64,000 nucleotides of DNA from the NCBI GenBank assembly GCA_965243205.1, contig CBDEUK010000002.1:1920001-1984000 (forward strand), read 5' to 3'. A program made the translations under genes and the position numbers. The notes under the pieces were generated by a model. It made no database searches and was not told where the DNA came from. It worked only from the letters and a program-made list of their open reading frames with translations. Below, piece after piece: positions 10,176 to 21,108 of this stretch (its first letter is position 1; every line of letters starts with the position of its first letter). The stretch is from Gammaproteobacteria bacterium (lineage in GTDB: Bacteria; Pseudomonadota; Gammaproteobacteria; Eutrophobiales; Eutrophobiaceae).

Positions 10176-10203
10176 AAAAGCCCGCTTAAACAGCGGGTTT
10201 TTT
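10176..10203. terminator. Bidirectional intrinsic terminator
   Basis: AAAAGCCCGCT-TAAAC-AGCGGGTTTTTT between the convergent DUF465 and TauE genes. Confidence 0.85.
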
Positions 10204-10207
10204 GATC

Positions 10208-10996
10208 CTAAAAAGCCATTTTAATTCCAATTAACAACAGCATGGTTGCTAGGATAGGGCGAATGACTTTATCTGGAAGCCAAGTGGCAATTCGACTGCC
10301 AAGAAAAATGCCAGGTAAAGAACCTAACAATAATCCCAACAATAAAGTTAGATCCACAGTACCAATATGCATATGACCGAGTCCGGCAATTAAAGTAATA
10401 GGAACGGCATGCGCTAAGTCGGTACCAATAATTTGTATAGTTTTTAATTTAGGATATAAAAATAATAATACAGCAGCACCAAATGCGCCTGCACCAACGG
10501 AAGATAAGGTGACTAAAGAGCCGATGAGTGCACCACATGCAATGGTAACGGGTTTTTGAATTTTTTGATGCAATGCTCGAATCCAAGCAAAACTTTCTCG
10601 GTTAGCAAATTTTTGAATCGACTTGCGAAAAATCAGTACTAACGCAGTTAGGATCAAAGCAATACTTAGTGAAGAGGTGATAATGTGATCGTAATTGACG
10701 CCACTATTATGCATGTTTTTTAAAATATAAATGGATATCAAGCTGGCAGGAATACTACCCATACAGAGGTATTTTACGACGCCCCAATCGATATTATGTT
10801 CTTTATTGTGGAAAATAATACCACTGCTTTTGGTAATCGCAGCATAGAGTAGATCGGTGCCAACAGCGACAGTTGGGCTGATATTAAAACCCAGTACTAA
10901 AATGGGAGTCATTAAAGAACCACCACCGACGCCTGTCATACCGACAATAAAGCCTACGACAAACCCAGCGATTGTGAATAAAAAATCAAATTCCAT
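10208..10996 (-). CDS. Sulfite exporter TauE/SafE family membrane protein
   Basis: GMTGVGGGSLMTP, AVGTDL, SSVGAGA, IGTDLAHAVP; divergent from cysB. Confidence 0.92.
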   Translation of the reverse strand: MEFDFLFTIAGFVVGFIVGMTGVGGGSLMTPILVLGFNISPTVAVGTDLLYAAITKSSGIIFHNKEHNIDWGVVKYLCMGSIPASLISIYILKNMHNSGVNYDHIITSSLSIALILTALVLIFRKSIQKFANRESFAWIRALHQKIQKPVTIACGALIGSLVTLSSVGAGAFGAAVLLFLYPKLKTIQIIGTDLAHAVPITLIAGLGHMHIGTVDLTLLLGLLLGSLPGIFLGSRIATWLPDKVIRPILATMLLLIGIKMAF

Positions 10997-11105
10997 GAGG
11001 TGCAGCTTTTTATAGTTATTTTAATAGGCTTGTAATGTAGAAGAGCTTTTCTATAATTAAAAGTAATTATTTCTTATATTTTTATAATTTATAGGAATAA
11101 CTTGA

Positions 11106-12080
<975 letters not shown>

Positions 12081-12374
12081 CTAGGCATTAACCATTGGTT
12101 CGATGATTTCTTTTACAAGCTTAAAATAGATAGTATAAATCTGTGGTTCTTGATCAGTTTTGTTTACAATAAAAAAAGGTGCGCGCTCAACTTGATATTG
12201 TTTGGCTAGTTGCATTCCTTCACTTTCTAAATCCCTTTCGTCCGCAATAATTGTTTTATTAATAAAACGCATATAATCGTTTTCAATTAAACGTTGTTCA
12301 ACTTCTGCACATTTTTTACAGGGTGTTCCATCCATTTTTATTTTTTTGATGAAATAGATTTCAGTGTGTGGCAT
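12081..12374 (-). CDS. Small thioredoxin/glutaredoxin-like CxxC protein
   Basis: PCKKC motif and a later APFF cis-Pro-like motif; lies in a sulfur-metabolism neighbourhood. Confidence 0.65.
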   Translation of the reverse strand: MPHTEIYFIKKIKMDGTPCKKCAEVEQRLIENDYMRFINKTIIADERDLESEGMQLAKQYQVERAPFFIVNKTDQEPQIYTIYFKLVKEIIEPMVNA

Positions 12375-12475
12375 GGCGAATAGTCTTTTAGTTGATTTTA
12401 ATAAAAGTCTAGCTATTGATGTACTAAAACGAAAGAAGTTTTAAAAAAACTATAACAAAAAGAAAAAAGGTTTAA

Positions 12476-13372
12476 TTAATGTGCTGCAGCGAGTTGAGGT
12501 GCGTAATGTTCGTTGTGTAGAAAAGTGCCATGGGATGAAAGATCAGTGATTTCAATAGTATCGTTTTCTTTAAGAACAATCACCATATGTACACGGGAGA
12601 TATCTCTTAATTGTCGATCTAAAATAATACTGCATATAGGATCACGCCCGATGATGTTTTTACCTAAATTTAAAACATATTCGTTATTATCTTGGTCAAT
12701 AAAAAGCATGTTATCACGCTTTACTAACTTACATTTGTATTTTGAAAGTACGATATCAATATGATCTTTAGTAATAATGTCAATTAGGATTTTTTCGCCT
12801 TTCGGTAGCCGCTCCATATTGCTATTGAGTTTATGGCCATGAAGCGCTCGAACCATATCAAGTGTTGAGCTATTTAAATCAGCGGTCTCATAAAAAATAT
12901 TTGATTCAATCGTCATGGAATCTGTAATAGTTTGCGGAGGCAGTTTGGTTTTTTCCGAATATAAATAATGGATCAAATCTTGACGCGCGCTTAGGTATTG
13001 TAGGTACTTAATAATCGCAAGATGTTTGAATTCAACAAGTGATGAATTCGCATTGTTCAATGCAGCAAAAATATCACGCCAATTATGATCTTGTGAAAAA
13101 ACTAAAGATTCTGTTTCTCTTAAGGTTTCATCGATGCTTTGAGGATCTTGCATATAATCCGCTACCATTGAAACAAAGTAACTTTCAACATTTTTTATAG
13201 TGATAGATTCATCATTAAGTTGTTCAACTGATAGATGAACTATATCGGATATCTTCTTGGCAGGGATTGAAGTTCTTCCATTTAAAGCAAATTCAAACTC
13301 TTCAACACTATTAAATACAATTGGCTGACCGCTGATATTAAGCTTGACTGATTGTTGTATTTTTTTATCCAT
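12476..13372 (-). CDS. FHA domain protein (C-terminal FHA, unknown N-terminal domain)
   Basis: IIGRDPICSI, ISRVH and DLSSHGTFL are FHA signatures. Confidence 0.85.
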   Translation of the reverse strand: MDKKIQQSVKLNISGQPIVFNSVEEFEFALNGRTSIPAKKISDIVHLSVEQLNDESITIKNVESYFVSMVADYMQDPQSIDETLRETESLVFSQDHNWRDIFAALNNANSSLVEFKHLAIIKYLQYLSARQDLIHYLYSEKTKLPPQTITDSMTIESNIFYETADLNSSTLDMVRALHGHKLNSNMERLPKGEKILIDIITKDHIDIVLSKYKCKLVKRDNMLFIDQDNNEYVLNLGKNIIGRDPICSIILDRQLRDISRVHMVIVLKENDTIEITDLSSHGTFLHNEHYAPQLAAAH

Positions 13373-13513
13373 GCATATAGAAACAACGTAATGAAAGAAA
13401 ACAAATTTAAATTAAATAAAAGGTCTAAAATTCAATGAACCAATTTTAAAATATTTTTAAGATCTGTACAGTAAATTTATTGTAATAATGTGAACAAAAA
13501 CTGATTGACACGG

Positions 13514-14578
13514 TTATTTTTTGCATACTGGTTCATGTTTCCTCTTAAGGTATTCACGACGTTGTTGTTTTGAGCAGCCGTCTAACTTCTTTACTGTTTG
13601 ATAAAATAAAGATAAATCTTCGTTCAGTGTTTGATAGAGTTCTATAAATTCCGGGACAAGTTCTCGATAGGTGCTGACAGCGGAGAATCTTGCGTTATTC
13701 AATGGCTTTTTAAACCAATTATCAAAACCTTTATAGCCATCCCAGTTTTGAGAGAGTATTTCATAATCGGTTTTAAATTGTTTCAGTAAGGATTGTTTTT
13801 TTTCTCGTTTTGATTTTTCATTTATTTTGGAATCATAAACGACTTCTAGTTTTTTTTTATATTGAAACAGCAATGAAACAAATTCTTCCTCGTAGTGTTG
13901 TTCTTTCAGCAAGTCTTTGTAGAGAGGGGATTGGTTAGTTTGTTGCAACCACATATCTAGACCAATCATAGCGATAGAATCTGCAAAGGCTTCATTAAAT
14001 TCGCTGTCATTTTTGAGATATATTTTTTGGTGTGTTAATTCATGAAAGATGATTCGGGCAAGATATAAATCATCATAACGAATCATGGTATTGAGAATAG
14101 GATCATCAAACCAACCCAGAGTCGAATAAGCTGTTACACTACCGACGAAGACATCCATATTTTGTTCAGATAATTCAGTCGCAAGTTGGTCAGCAGACTC
14201 TTTGTTGTAGTAACCGCGATAACTGAGACATCCAACAAAAGCGTAACACCATGTTTGTGGTGTAAAAGAAAACTCAGGTGTTGCGAACACATTCCAGACT
14301 ACGTAAGGACGTTTGATATCTGCATAATGTTGATAACTACCGTTATTAGGTAGTAGCAGTTCGTGTTCTGCAAAGTTTAATAGATCTTTTACCAGGGTCA
14401 GTTTGTGTTCTAGCTCAGCAGTTGGAGCTTGTTTAAGAACATCATCGATGGATTGTCGGTTAAGTAAAACCTCGCTATGACCTTGAATCGACTGAATATA
14501 GTAGGGAATATTCGAACAACCCGTAAATAAAAGAACGCAAATAAGTTGAAAAATAGCCAGAGTACATTTCATTTTCAT
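13514..14578 (-). CDS. Putative zinc aminopeptidase lipoprotein (DUF2265-like)
   Basis: Lipobox FTGC; YVVWNV, GCLSYRGYY, AYSTLGWFDDP, HELTHQ, FNEAFA. Confidence 0.88.
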   Translation of the reverse strand: MKMKCTLAIFQLICVLLFTGCSNIPYYIQSIQGHSEVLLNRQSIDDVLKQAPTAELEHKLTLVKDLLNFAEHELLLPNNGSYQHYADIKRPYVVWNVFATPEFSFTPQTWCYAFVGCLSYRGYYNKESADQLATELSEQNMDVFVGSVTAYSTLGWFDDPILNTMIRYDDLYLARIIFHELTHQKIYLKNDSEFNEAFADSIAMIGLDMWLQQTNQSPLYKDLLKEQHYEEEFVSLLFQYKKKLEVVYDSKINEKSKREKKQSLLKQFKTDYEILSQNWDGYKGFDNWFKKPLNNARFSAVSTYRELVPEFIELYQTLNEDLSLFYQTVKKLDGCSKQQRREYLKRKHEPVCKK

Positions 14579-14673
14579 GATAAATACTATAATGTAATCA
14601 AGCTGATGATTCGAATTATTAGAATTTCAGTCAAATACTTCACCTAAGTAAATACAAAAGCTAACATAAGATA

Positions 14674-15507
14674 ATGTACTCAACATTAATATCTGTAGAG
14701 CAGCTAGATGCGATGATCGGGGCTGAGGAATTAGTCATCGTAGATTGCCGTTATGATTTATCGAATCCTGATGCAGGCAAAAAGGATTATCAAGAAAATC
14801 ATATTCCAAGTGCTGTATATGCAGATGTTCACGATGATTTAAGTGGTCCTCCGTTAACCGATTCTGGCAGGCATCCACTGCCCAGTCCTGATGCTTTAAA
14901 TCAGTTATTTTCACGATTAGGTATTACACATCATTCTCAAGTAGTTGTTTACGATGCAAGTGGTGGCGCTTTTGCTGCGCGTCTATGGTGGTTATTACAA
15001 TACATGGGACATGAAGCTGTAGCTTTATTAGATGGTGGTTGGCTCGAGTGGAGTCGTTTGTCGAAGCCGCAATCTCAGATGATTCCTGAGGTTGATAGTA
15101 GTAACTTCATTGGTGCTGCTAAATCTGATTGGTTAATATTGGTTGAGCAGGTGCTTTCTGCTGAATTATTAATTGATTCACGCGACCCAGCTAGATACAG
15201 TGGTGAAGTCGAGCCAATTGACCCACAAGCCGGTCATATTCCTGGAGCAATCAATCATTTTTGGCAGAATAATCTGAGCAGTAATGGTTTGTTTAAATCC
15301 TCCGAACTATTAAAAAATCAATTCGCTGAATTATTTCAAGATATACCCAGTCAAGACGTCGTTTTTTATTGTGGTTCAGGTGTGACGGCATGTCATAATT
15401 TATTGGCTGTACGTCATGCAGGTCTAGATGCTTCCTGTTTATACGCTGGATCATGGAGTGAATGGTGTTCAAACGCTGAACGAGCAGTAGTTAAGGGAAA
15501 CGAATAA
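14674..15507 (+). CDS. Tandem rhodanese sulfurtransferase (SseA-like)
   Basis: HIPSA, GRHPLP, LDGG, GHIPGA, active loop CGSGVTAC, YAGSWSEW. Confidence 0.93.
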   Translation: MYSTLISVEQLDAMIGAEELVIVDCRYDLSNPDAGKKDYQENHIPSAVYADVHDDLSGPPLTDSGRHPLPSPDALNQLFSRLGITHHSQVVVYDASGGAFAARLWWLLQYMGHEAVALLDGGWLEWSRLSKPQSQMIPEVDSSNFIGAAKSDWLILVEQVLSAELLIDSRDPARYSGEVEPIDPQAGHIPGAINHFWQNNLSSNGLFKSSELLKNQFAELFQDIPSQDVVFYCGSGVTACHNLLAVRHAGLDASCLYAGSWSEWCSNAERAVVKGNE

Positions 15508-15522
15508 TAATCATACTGAACA

Positions 15523-17178
15523 ATGCTCATGTTTAAAAAAAATATCGATAAAGCTTGGAATAAAATTTTATTTGCAATTGGCTTGATGATATTGGGCAAT
15601 TTGTTTAGTCAACTTTCCTACGCGAATCAAAGCGCTTTGGATTTAGTCTTAGTGTTAGATAATTCAGGTAGCATGAAAAAAAATGACCCAGAATTTATCG
15701 TTCCACAAGCAATCCAAAAATTCATTCAACAGCAATCAGAGCAGACACAGATATCCGTTATTATCTTTGATAAAAATGTGAATTTGTCACTGCCTTTTAT
15801 TCAAGTCAACGAAGAAAATTTTTCTGAATTTTCAAAGAGTCTAGAATCTATCAATTACAAAGGTCTGTACACGGATAGTCCTGCCGCAATAGAGCGAGCA
15901 ATTTATGAACTTAAAAATTATGGCCGTACTGATTCGCAAAAAAATATTGTTTTTCTAACTGATGGGATCGTTGATACAGGTAAACCAGAATTTGATTTAG
16001 AAAAAACACGTTGGTTAAAACAAGAGCTAGCTGCGGATGCCGTTGAAAATGCAATCAAGATTTTTTCTATCGGCTTTACTGAGAACGCAGATTTTCAATT
16101 AATTCAATCATTAGCACAACAAACTCATGGAGAATATTACCGTGCGATGGAGGCGAGTGATTTAGAAAATGCATTCAGTAAAATCAGTACAGCAATCAAT
16201 TTTCAGCCTGTTATTTCAGAAACTGATTCAATAGTCGTTTCAACTGAGCCTGCCAATGAGGAGATCGTTGAAATTGAAACGAATATTTCTACTCCAGAAG
16301 ACGTATCTTCTGAGCAAGTTACTCTTCAAAAGAATCAAGAACCTGAATTAAGTTCGATGATTCAGGCAGAGAGTGATGAAACAAATTCCAAACCTTATAT
16401 CGAAGAGCCGCCTGAGACGCCTACATTAGTTGCAGAAGATATTAAACCGATTACCGAACAAATTCATATGGAAACCAATAGCGGTTTACCCTATGTGTTA
16501 TTGGGTGTGTTTGGTTTGGTCATCGGCGGCTTAGTTTATTGGCTTTATCTTAGGCCTCAATGGGCAGTTCATTCAGATGAGTTTTATGTCTCTGAAGCGT
16601 ATTTATTAGATGTTCATAATCATACTAAAGAAAAAAAATATCAATTAACTGAAACAGTGACAATGGTTGGGCGAGTTGAACCGTCCAATAACGAACAAAT
16701 AAATTATATCGTGATCCCTGAAACGACCATTGGGCGAAGACATGCTTTATTTGAATATCGGGATTATTCATTTTGGGTTATTGACCAAGGCAGTACTAAT
16801 GGTACTTATGTAAATGATAAATTAATTGAAACCGCAACTCGGCTGAAAGATGGAGATAGAGTTCGCTTTCATAAATTTGAATTCGTGTTTGAGGTGCCTG
16901 AACTTCAAGAAGATGGGATTACTGAAGTTTCAGCAACTATTCTTAAGCAGGCCGTGAATGAGAGAGCAAAAGAACTTCCTGAACCCCAGTTTGATATTAC
17001 TATGCAAAATTCCGATTTAATTCAGTCCGCAGAGAATGAGGCAATTACTGAGTTTAATTCAGTCAAAGTTTCAGAGGACGAATTCATACTGGATTCAGAA
17101 GACGAAACCATACTGCCTGAGCAAGCTTTTGATCTGAGCTTAGAACCACAAACTGACTCAGAAGACCCTGAAAAGTAA
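15523..17178 (+). CDS. Membrane protein with exported VWA domain and cytoplasmic FHA domain
   Basis: Signal peptide, MIDAS motif DNSGS...LTDG, acidic linker, TM (YVLLGVFGLVIGGLVYWLYL), FHA (VGR, IGRRHA, GSTNGTYVN), acidic tail. Confidence 0.88.
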   Translation: MLMFKKNIDKAWNKILFAIGLMILGNLFSQLSYANQSALDLVLVLDNSGSMKKNDPEFIVPQAIQKFIQQQSEQTQISVIIFDKNVNLSLPFIQVNEENFSEFSKSLESINYKGLYTDSPAAIERAIYELKNYGRTDSQKNIVFLTDGIVDTGKPEFDLEKTRWLKQELAADAVENAIKIFSIGFTENADFQLIQSLAQQTHGEYYRAMEASDLENAFSKISTAINFQPVISETDSIVVSTEPANEEIVEIETNISTPEDVSSEQVTLQKNQEPELSSMIQAESDETNSKPYIEEPPETPTLVAEDIKPITEQIHMETNSGLPYVLLGVFGLVIGGLVYWLYLRPQWAVHSDEFYVSEAYLLDVHNHTKEKKYQLTETVTMVGRVEPSNNEQINYIVIPETTIGRRHALFEYRDYSFWVIDQGSTNGTYVNDKLIETATRLKDGDRVRFHKFEFVFEVPELQEDGITEVSATILKQAVNERAKELPEPQFDITMQNSDLIQSAENEAITEFNSVKVSEDEFILDSEDETILPEQAFDLSLEPQTDSEDPEK

Positions 17179-17235
17179 GAAATAATATCCAATCATAAAA
17201 AATTCACTTTTTTGAGTTCTAATATCAAAAACAGC

Positions 17236-17262
17236 TAAAGTTTTTCCTATTTTTGCCGTTAT
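17236..17262 (+). promoter_or_regulatory. Sigma-28 (FliA)-type promoter
   Basis: TAAAGTTT-N11-GCCGTTAT versus consensus TAAAGTTT-N11-GCCGATAA. Confidence 0.6.
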
Positions 17263-17363
17263 AAAACTATCTTAAAAACACAACGGTTATTTTATAAACA
17301 ACCCAACATATTTTCTAATGATTTAATGCATTTAGAAAACAAAGTGTTAGGAGTAGATAGTTT

Positions 17364-18305
17364 ATGACTTCAGCAGCAATTGATATTAACGAATCTCCAA
17401 GTAATAACATCGCAAACTTAGCTACGTATCAGCCTCCACGAGGACCATCTGATTCGTGGATTGAAAATGTTATGGATTCATTGGCAAATAACGGCATTAA
17501 GAAAAAATTATCGAATGCTGCCAGAGTCCATCCATGCATTATCGAGGGGCAAAGGGTCTTGGTTTATCAACGAGGTTTGAAACAAAAAGAACCAGAAGTA
17601 TTTGCTGAATTGATTGATTTTGCTCAAACAAACAGTTTTGCATTAAAAGAAGATCAAAGAGACATCCATCAGAAAGACATTCCATTTGAAAGACGCAAAG
17701 CTAAAACAACATCCATGGTATTACTGGCTGGCGGATTGTTTTTACATGGTGCTGCTCAAGCTGGCGCAATTCCAAAAAATCAACTTGATGATTTAATTAA
17801 TAAAGATTATGTGTATCCGATGGTACAAGTGGTTGATGAATCACAAAGTAAACATCGATCTTATTTAGCTCATGATGGAAAAGTATCACCAGTTACTAAA
17901 TCGAATGAAATTGAAAATATTTTATCGATAGCAAGTAAAGTTAAATCGCAAGGTACTATGACAGGTGTAAGCACTCATAATATAAAAATGCCTGAAGAGT
18001 ATATTGGTGGTTTTATTAATCGCTATGATTATCAATTCGATAATTCTTTTTATGGAAACAATTACAGCTACTATGAAGGTGATGGCTTTGGTGCCTTAGC
18101 TTATTACAATGGTGGAAATGTATTGGTTGATGTTTTGATTGGTAATGATGCGCAAATTAATCAAATAATAGGTGGTCCATATGATCAAGTATTATATGAT
18201 AATCATCAGATGCAATTGTTTACTTATCGTTCTAAAAAGAATCAGCAAACAAGTTTTTTGAAAGCAACGTACTCTATGGGTATAACAACCTTAATTAGTT
18301 TATAA
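17364..18305 (+). CDS. Hypothetical protein with an internal signal-peptide-like segment
   Basis: 313 aa with an AGGAG SD; RRKAKTTSMVLLAGGLFLHGAAQA at about residues 110-133; Tyr/Gly-rich C-terminal domain. Confidence 0.8.
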   Translation: MTSAAIDINESPSNNIANLATYQPPRGPSDSWIENVMDSLANNGIKKKLSNAARVHPCIIEGQRVLVYQRGLKQKEPEVFAELIDFAQTNSFALKEDQRDIHQKDIPFERRKAKTTSMVLLAGGLFLHGAAQAGAIPKNQLDDLINKDYVYPMVQVVDESQSKHRSYLAHDGKVSPVTKSNEIENILSIASKVKSQGTMTGVSTHNIKMPEEYIGGFINRYDYQFDNSFYGNNYSYYEGDGFGALAYYNGGNVLVDVLIGNDAQINQIIGGPYDQVLYDNHQMQLFTYRSKKNQQTSFLKATYSMGITTLISL

Positions 18306-18383
18306 ATAAAACTTCAAAATTTTAATCACGCACTCTATTTATAATGCATAGTTTGCTGTTTGTGATAATCTTCTCTGAAGATT

Positions 18384-19409
18384 ATGACAGCAAACGATAA
18401 GCAAAAAAATAACTCTTTAACCCACACAAAAGTCTCTAAGCATCAAAAAGTGTTAGAGATTTTATCTGATGGTCATTTTCATTCGGGCCAAGAAATTGGT
18501 GAATCATTAGGCCTTACTCGGGCCGCGATTTGGAAACAGATAAAATCCTTACAAGATGAAGGACTGGAAATTTATTCAGTTCGTGGTCGCGGCTATTGTT
18601 TAGAAACACATTTAGAGTTACTGAACTTTGATAAGATAAATGAATATTTATCTGCTGAATCTTCAAAAAAGTTAATGCAACTTAATGTTTTATTCGATGT
18701 GGATTCAACAAACTCATTTTTATTAAGACGTTTACAGCAAGGAAGTATTCATGGTGAAGTTGCTGTAAGCGAATATCAAACCTCAGGTCGTGGGCGAAGA
18801 GAGTCACAATGGGTTTCTCCTCGTGGTGCTGGTGTGTATCTCTCAGTCGGTTGGCGGTTTAACCAACTATTAGCTGATATGCATTGTTTATCATTATCCA
18901 TAGGCGTTGCTGTTGTCAGAGCTTTGAATCAGTTAGATATTCAAGGTATTGGTTTGAAGTGGCCAAATGATATTTATCATGGACTAGAAAAATTAGGCGG
19001 GGTATTAGTTGAAACACGGATGGAAAATGCAGCTTTTGCAGATGTTGTTATAGGTGTAGGAATTAATATTTCGTTGCCGGATAAAATTAAAAAAACGATT
19101 GATCAGCCAACTTCTGATTTATCAAGTATTACAAATCATTTGCCAGCAAGAAATAAATTAGCAGCAACGTTAATAAATGAGATTTTGCAAACCTTAAGCA
19201 CTTTTGAAATAGATGGTTTTAAGAATGATATTGAACAATGGAGACAGTTGGATGTCGCAAAAGAAAAAAAAGTCATATTGCAATTAGATCAGCATAACAG
19301 TATTGGTCGAGTACTTGGGATAGAAGATAATGGTATGTTGAAGATGTCAATTAACGGCGTGATTAAAAAATTTATGTCAGGACAAATCCGTTTTAAAATA
19401 GACTCATGA
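18384..19409 (+). CDS. birA: Biotin-protein ligase / biotin repressor
   Basis: N-terminal HTH (HSGQEIG...RAAIWK), DSTN, QTSGRGRR, KWPND, KLGGVLVE. Confidence 0.96.
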   Translation: MTANDKQKNNSLTHTKVSKHQKVLEILSDGHFHSGQEIGESLGLTRAAIWKQIKSLQDEGLEIYSVRGRGYCLETHLELLNFDKINEYLSAESSKKLMQLNVLFDVDSTNSFLLRRLQQGSIHGEVAVSEYQTSGRGRRESQWVSPRGAGVYLSVGWRFNQLLADMHCLSLSIGVAVVRALNQLDIQGIGLKWPNDIYHGLEKLGGVLVETRMENAAFADVVIGVGINISLPDKIKKTIDQPTSDLSSITNHLPARNKLAATLINEILQTLSTFEIDGFKNDIEQWRQLDVAKEKKVILQLDQHNSIGRVLGIEDNGMLKMSINGVIKKFMSGQIRFKIDS

Positions 19410-20149
19410 TCTTATTAATCGATATTGGTAACAGTCGAATTAAAATTTGTTATTTTCATAACAATGAATTCATTGAACATAATGCCAGTGAATATCGTCT
19501 GGATAATTTCACACAGATTTTTGAAAGTTTAGTATTAAATCAACCACAGAAAATTTTTGTTGCTAATGTTGCTGGCGATGTAATAAAACAAAAATTGATA
19601 GATTGGTGTTTAGCGCAATGGCAGTTGGAACCTGTGTTTGCTTTTGTGCAGGAAAAGATCGATCGTTTAAGCAATGCTTATTCAGAACCACAACAACTCG
19701 GTGTGGATAGATGGGTGTCGATGCTTGCTTGTCGACGGATAAGTCAAAACCACACATTATTAGTTAGCTTTGGTACAGCAACAACTTTGGATGCAATAGA
19801 TAATAAAGGCCAACATCTCGGGGGCATGATCGTCCCTGGCTATGCATTAATGCAATCTTCTTTAATAAGTAATACCCAAGAAATTAGACCAGAAGCTTCC
19901 GTTCATAATTTGGATGATTCTTTATTTGGTAAAAGTACGTTTGATGGTTTACAAAAAGGCGCTGTCACAACATTAATCGCATTGGTGGAAATGACCTATT
20001 CAAATATGAAAGAACAATATAATGTAGACGTGGACTGTATTATTACAGGTGGTTTCGCTGCGGAATTAAAAGAAAAATTGACAATAGAGTATAATTATCA
20101 AGCGCATTTAGTACTAATGGGTTTAAATGATTGGAGAAAATATTTATGA
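19406..20149 (+). CDS. coaX: Type III pantothenate kinase
   Basis: DIGNSRIK, LGVDRW, FGTATTLD, HLGGMIVPG, TGG; follows birA. Confidence 0.95.
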   Translation: MILLIDIGNSRIKICYFHNNEFIEHNASEYRLDNFTQIFESLVLNQPQKIFVANVAGDVIKQKLIDWCLAQWQLEPVFAFVQEKIDRLSNAYSEPQQLGVDRWVSMLACRRISQNHTLLVSFGTATTLDAIDNKGQHLGGMIVPGYALMQSSLISNTQEIRPEASVHNLDDSLFGKSTFDGLQKGAVTTLIALVEMTYSNMKEQYNVDVDCIITGGFAAELKEKLTIEYNYQAHLVLMGLNDWRKYL

Positions 20150-20958
20150 AATGGCTGTCGATATTACTTTTAATTGCCAACGTAGCCTATTTAGGCTGGG
20201 AGTTAGATCGACAAACCATGATTAATAATGCTTTGACGCAGCATAATTTACCTAAAATACCATCAGGCGTCTCACAACTTAGCTTTTTAGATTATTCTAA
20301 AGTGCTAGGAGATGAATTGCTTACGATTAATTCAATGGAAGAAACACCCCAACTTGCAGAAGTAAATTATAGTTCTAGCAGAACACTTGACTCCAATTTG
20401 GAGTTAGAACTTAGATTAGGTCAGTTAGAATCAATTAAAAAAGTCGCTAACGATAAATTAAATCAAAATGTTCCTTTGTGCATGAGTTATGGGCCTATTG
20501 AAGGAGATGCAAAGACTGATGAGCTACATAGTTATTTGACCTCGAACCAAGTCGTAGCTAGCAAACGTCAAGCGATTGAGGAAAGTAAGTTATATTGGGT
20601 TTATTTAACGTCTAATATGAATGAAGAAAAAGCCGCTGCAGTATTGGATGATTTGAAACAAAAGGGTGTTACTGATTATCAACATATCAAAAGCGGCAAG
20701 TTTAAAAATGCGATTTCTCTTGGGCTTTTTTCCTCAAAAGAACGTGTAGATGATCGTTTAGAAGAGATTAATGCGAAAGGATATGAGCCAGTTGTTGTGC
20801 CCTATCACAAACCAGATTTAGAGCGTATTTATTGGTTAGATGCACAATTTGATACCACTCCTGTAGATTTTGAGAATATCAATTCGGGTATTTCAAGCGA
20901 GTTTGATTCGAAAACAATTTCTTGTTCCGAGATTGCGTTGAGTACTAAGAATCCATAG
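20146..20958 (+). CDS. SPOR domain protein
   Basis: MKWLSILLLIANVAY anchor (ATGA overlap with coaX), CMSYGP, YWVYL, NAISLGLFS; usual birA-coaX-SPOR synteny. Confidence 0.85.
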   Translation: MKWLSILLLIANVAYLGWELDRQTMINNALTQHNLPKIPSGVSQLSFLDYSKVLGDELLTINSMEETPQLAEVNYSSSRTLDSNLELELRLGQLESIKKVANDKLNQNVPLCMSYGPIEGDAKTDELHSYLTSNQVVASKRQAIEESKLYWVYLTSNMNEEKAAAVLDDLKQKGVTDYQHIKSGKFKNAISLGLFSSKERVDDRLEEINAKGYEPVVVPYHKPDLERIYWLDAQFDTTPVDFENINSGISSEFDSKTISCSEIALSTKNP

Positions 20959-21108
20959 AATACCTGAAGATGTTTTTAAGCTTTTCCAAAGATTTACGGG
21001 CAAAATTCTTCAAGCATGATTAACATTTAAAATGTTCATGGCTTGGACAGATTTTGAAATTATAACTATATTAAATTTTATACTTTTGTCTCTGGGGGCC
21101 ACCTTGAT

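Noticed and set aside
20959-21108. Expected tRNA cluster after birA-coaX-SPOR, and an imperfect inverted repeat
   Set aside because: No cloverleaf, T-loop GTTCGA or CCA end. The repeat is AT-rich and imperfect, so no RNA gene is called.
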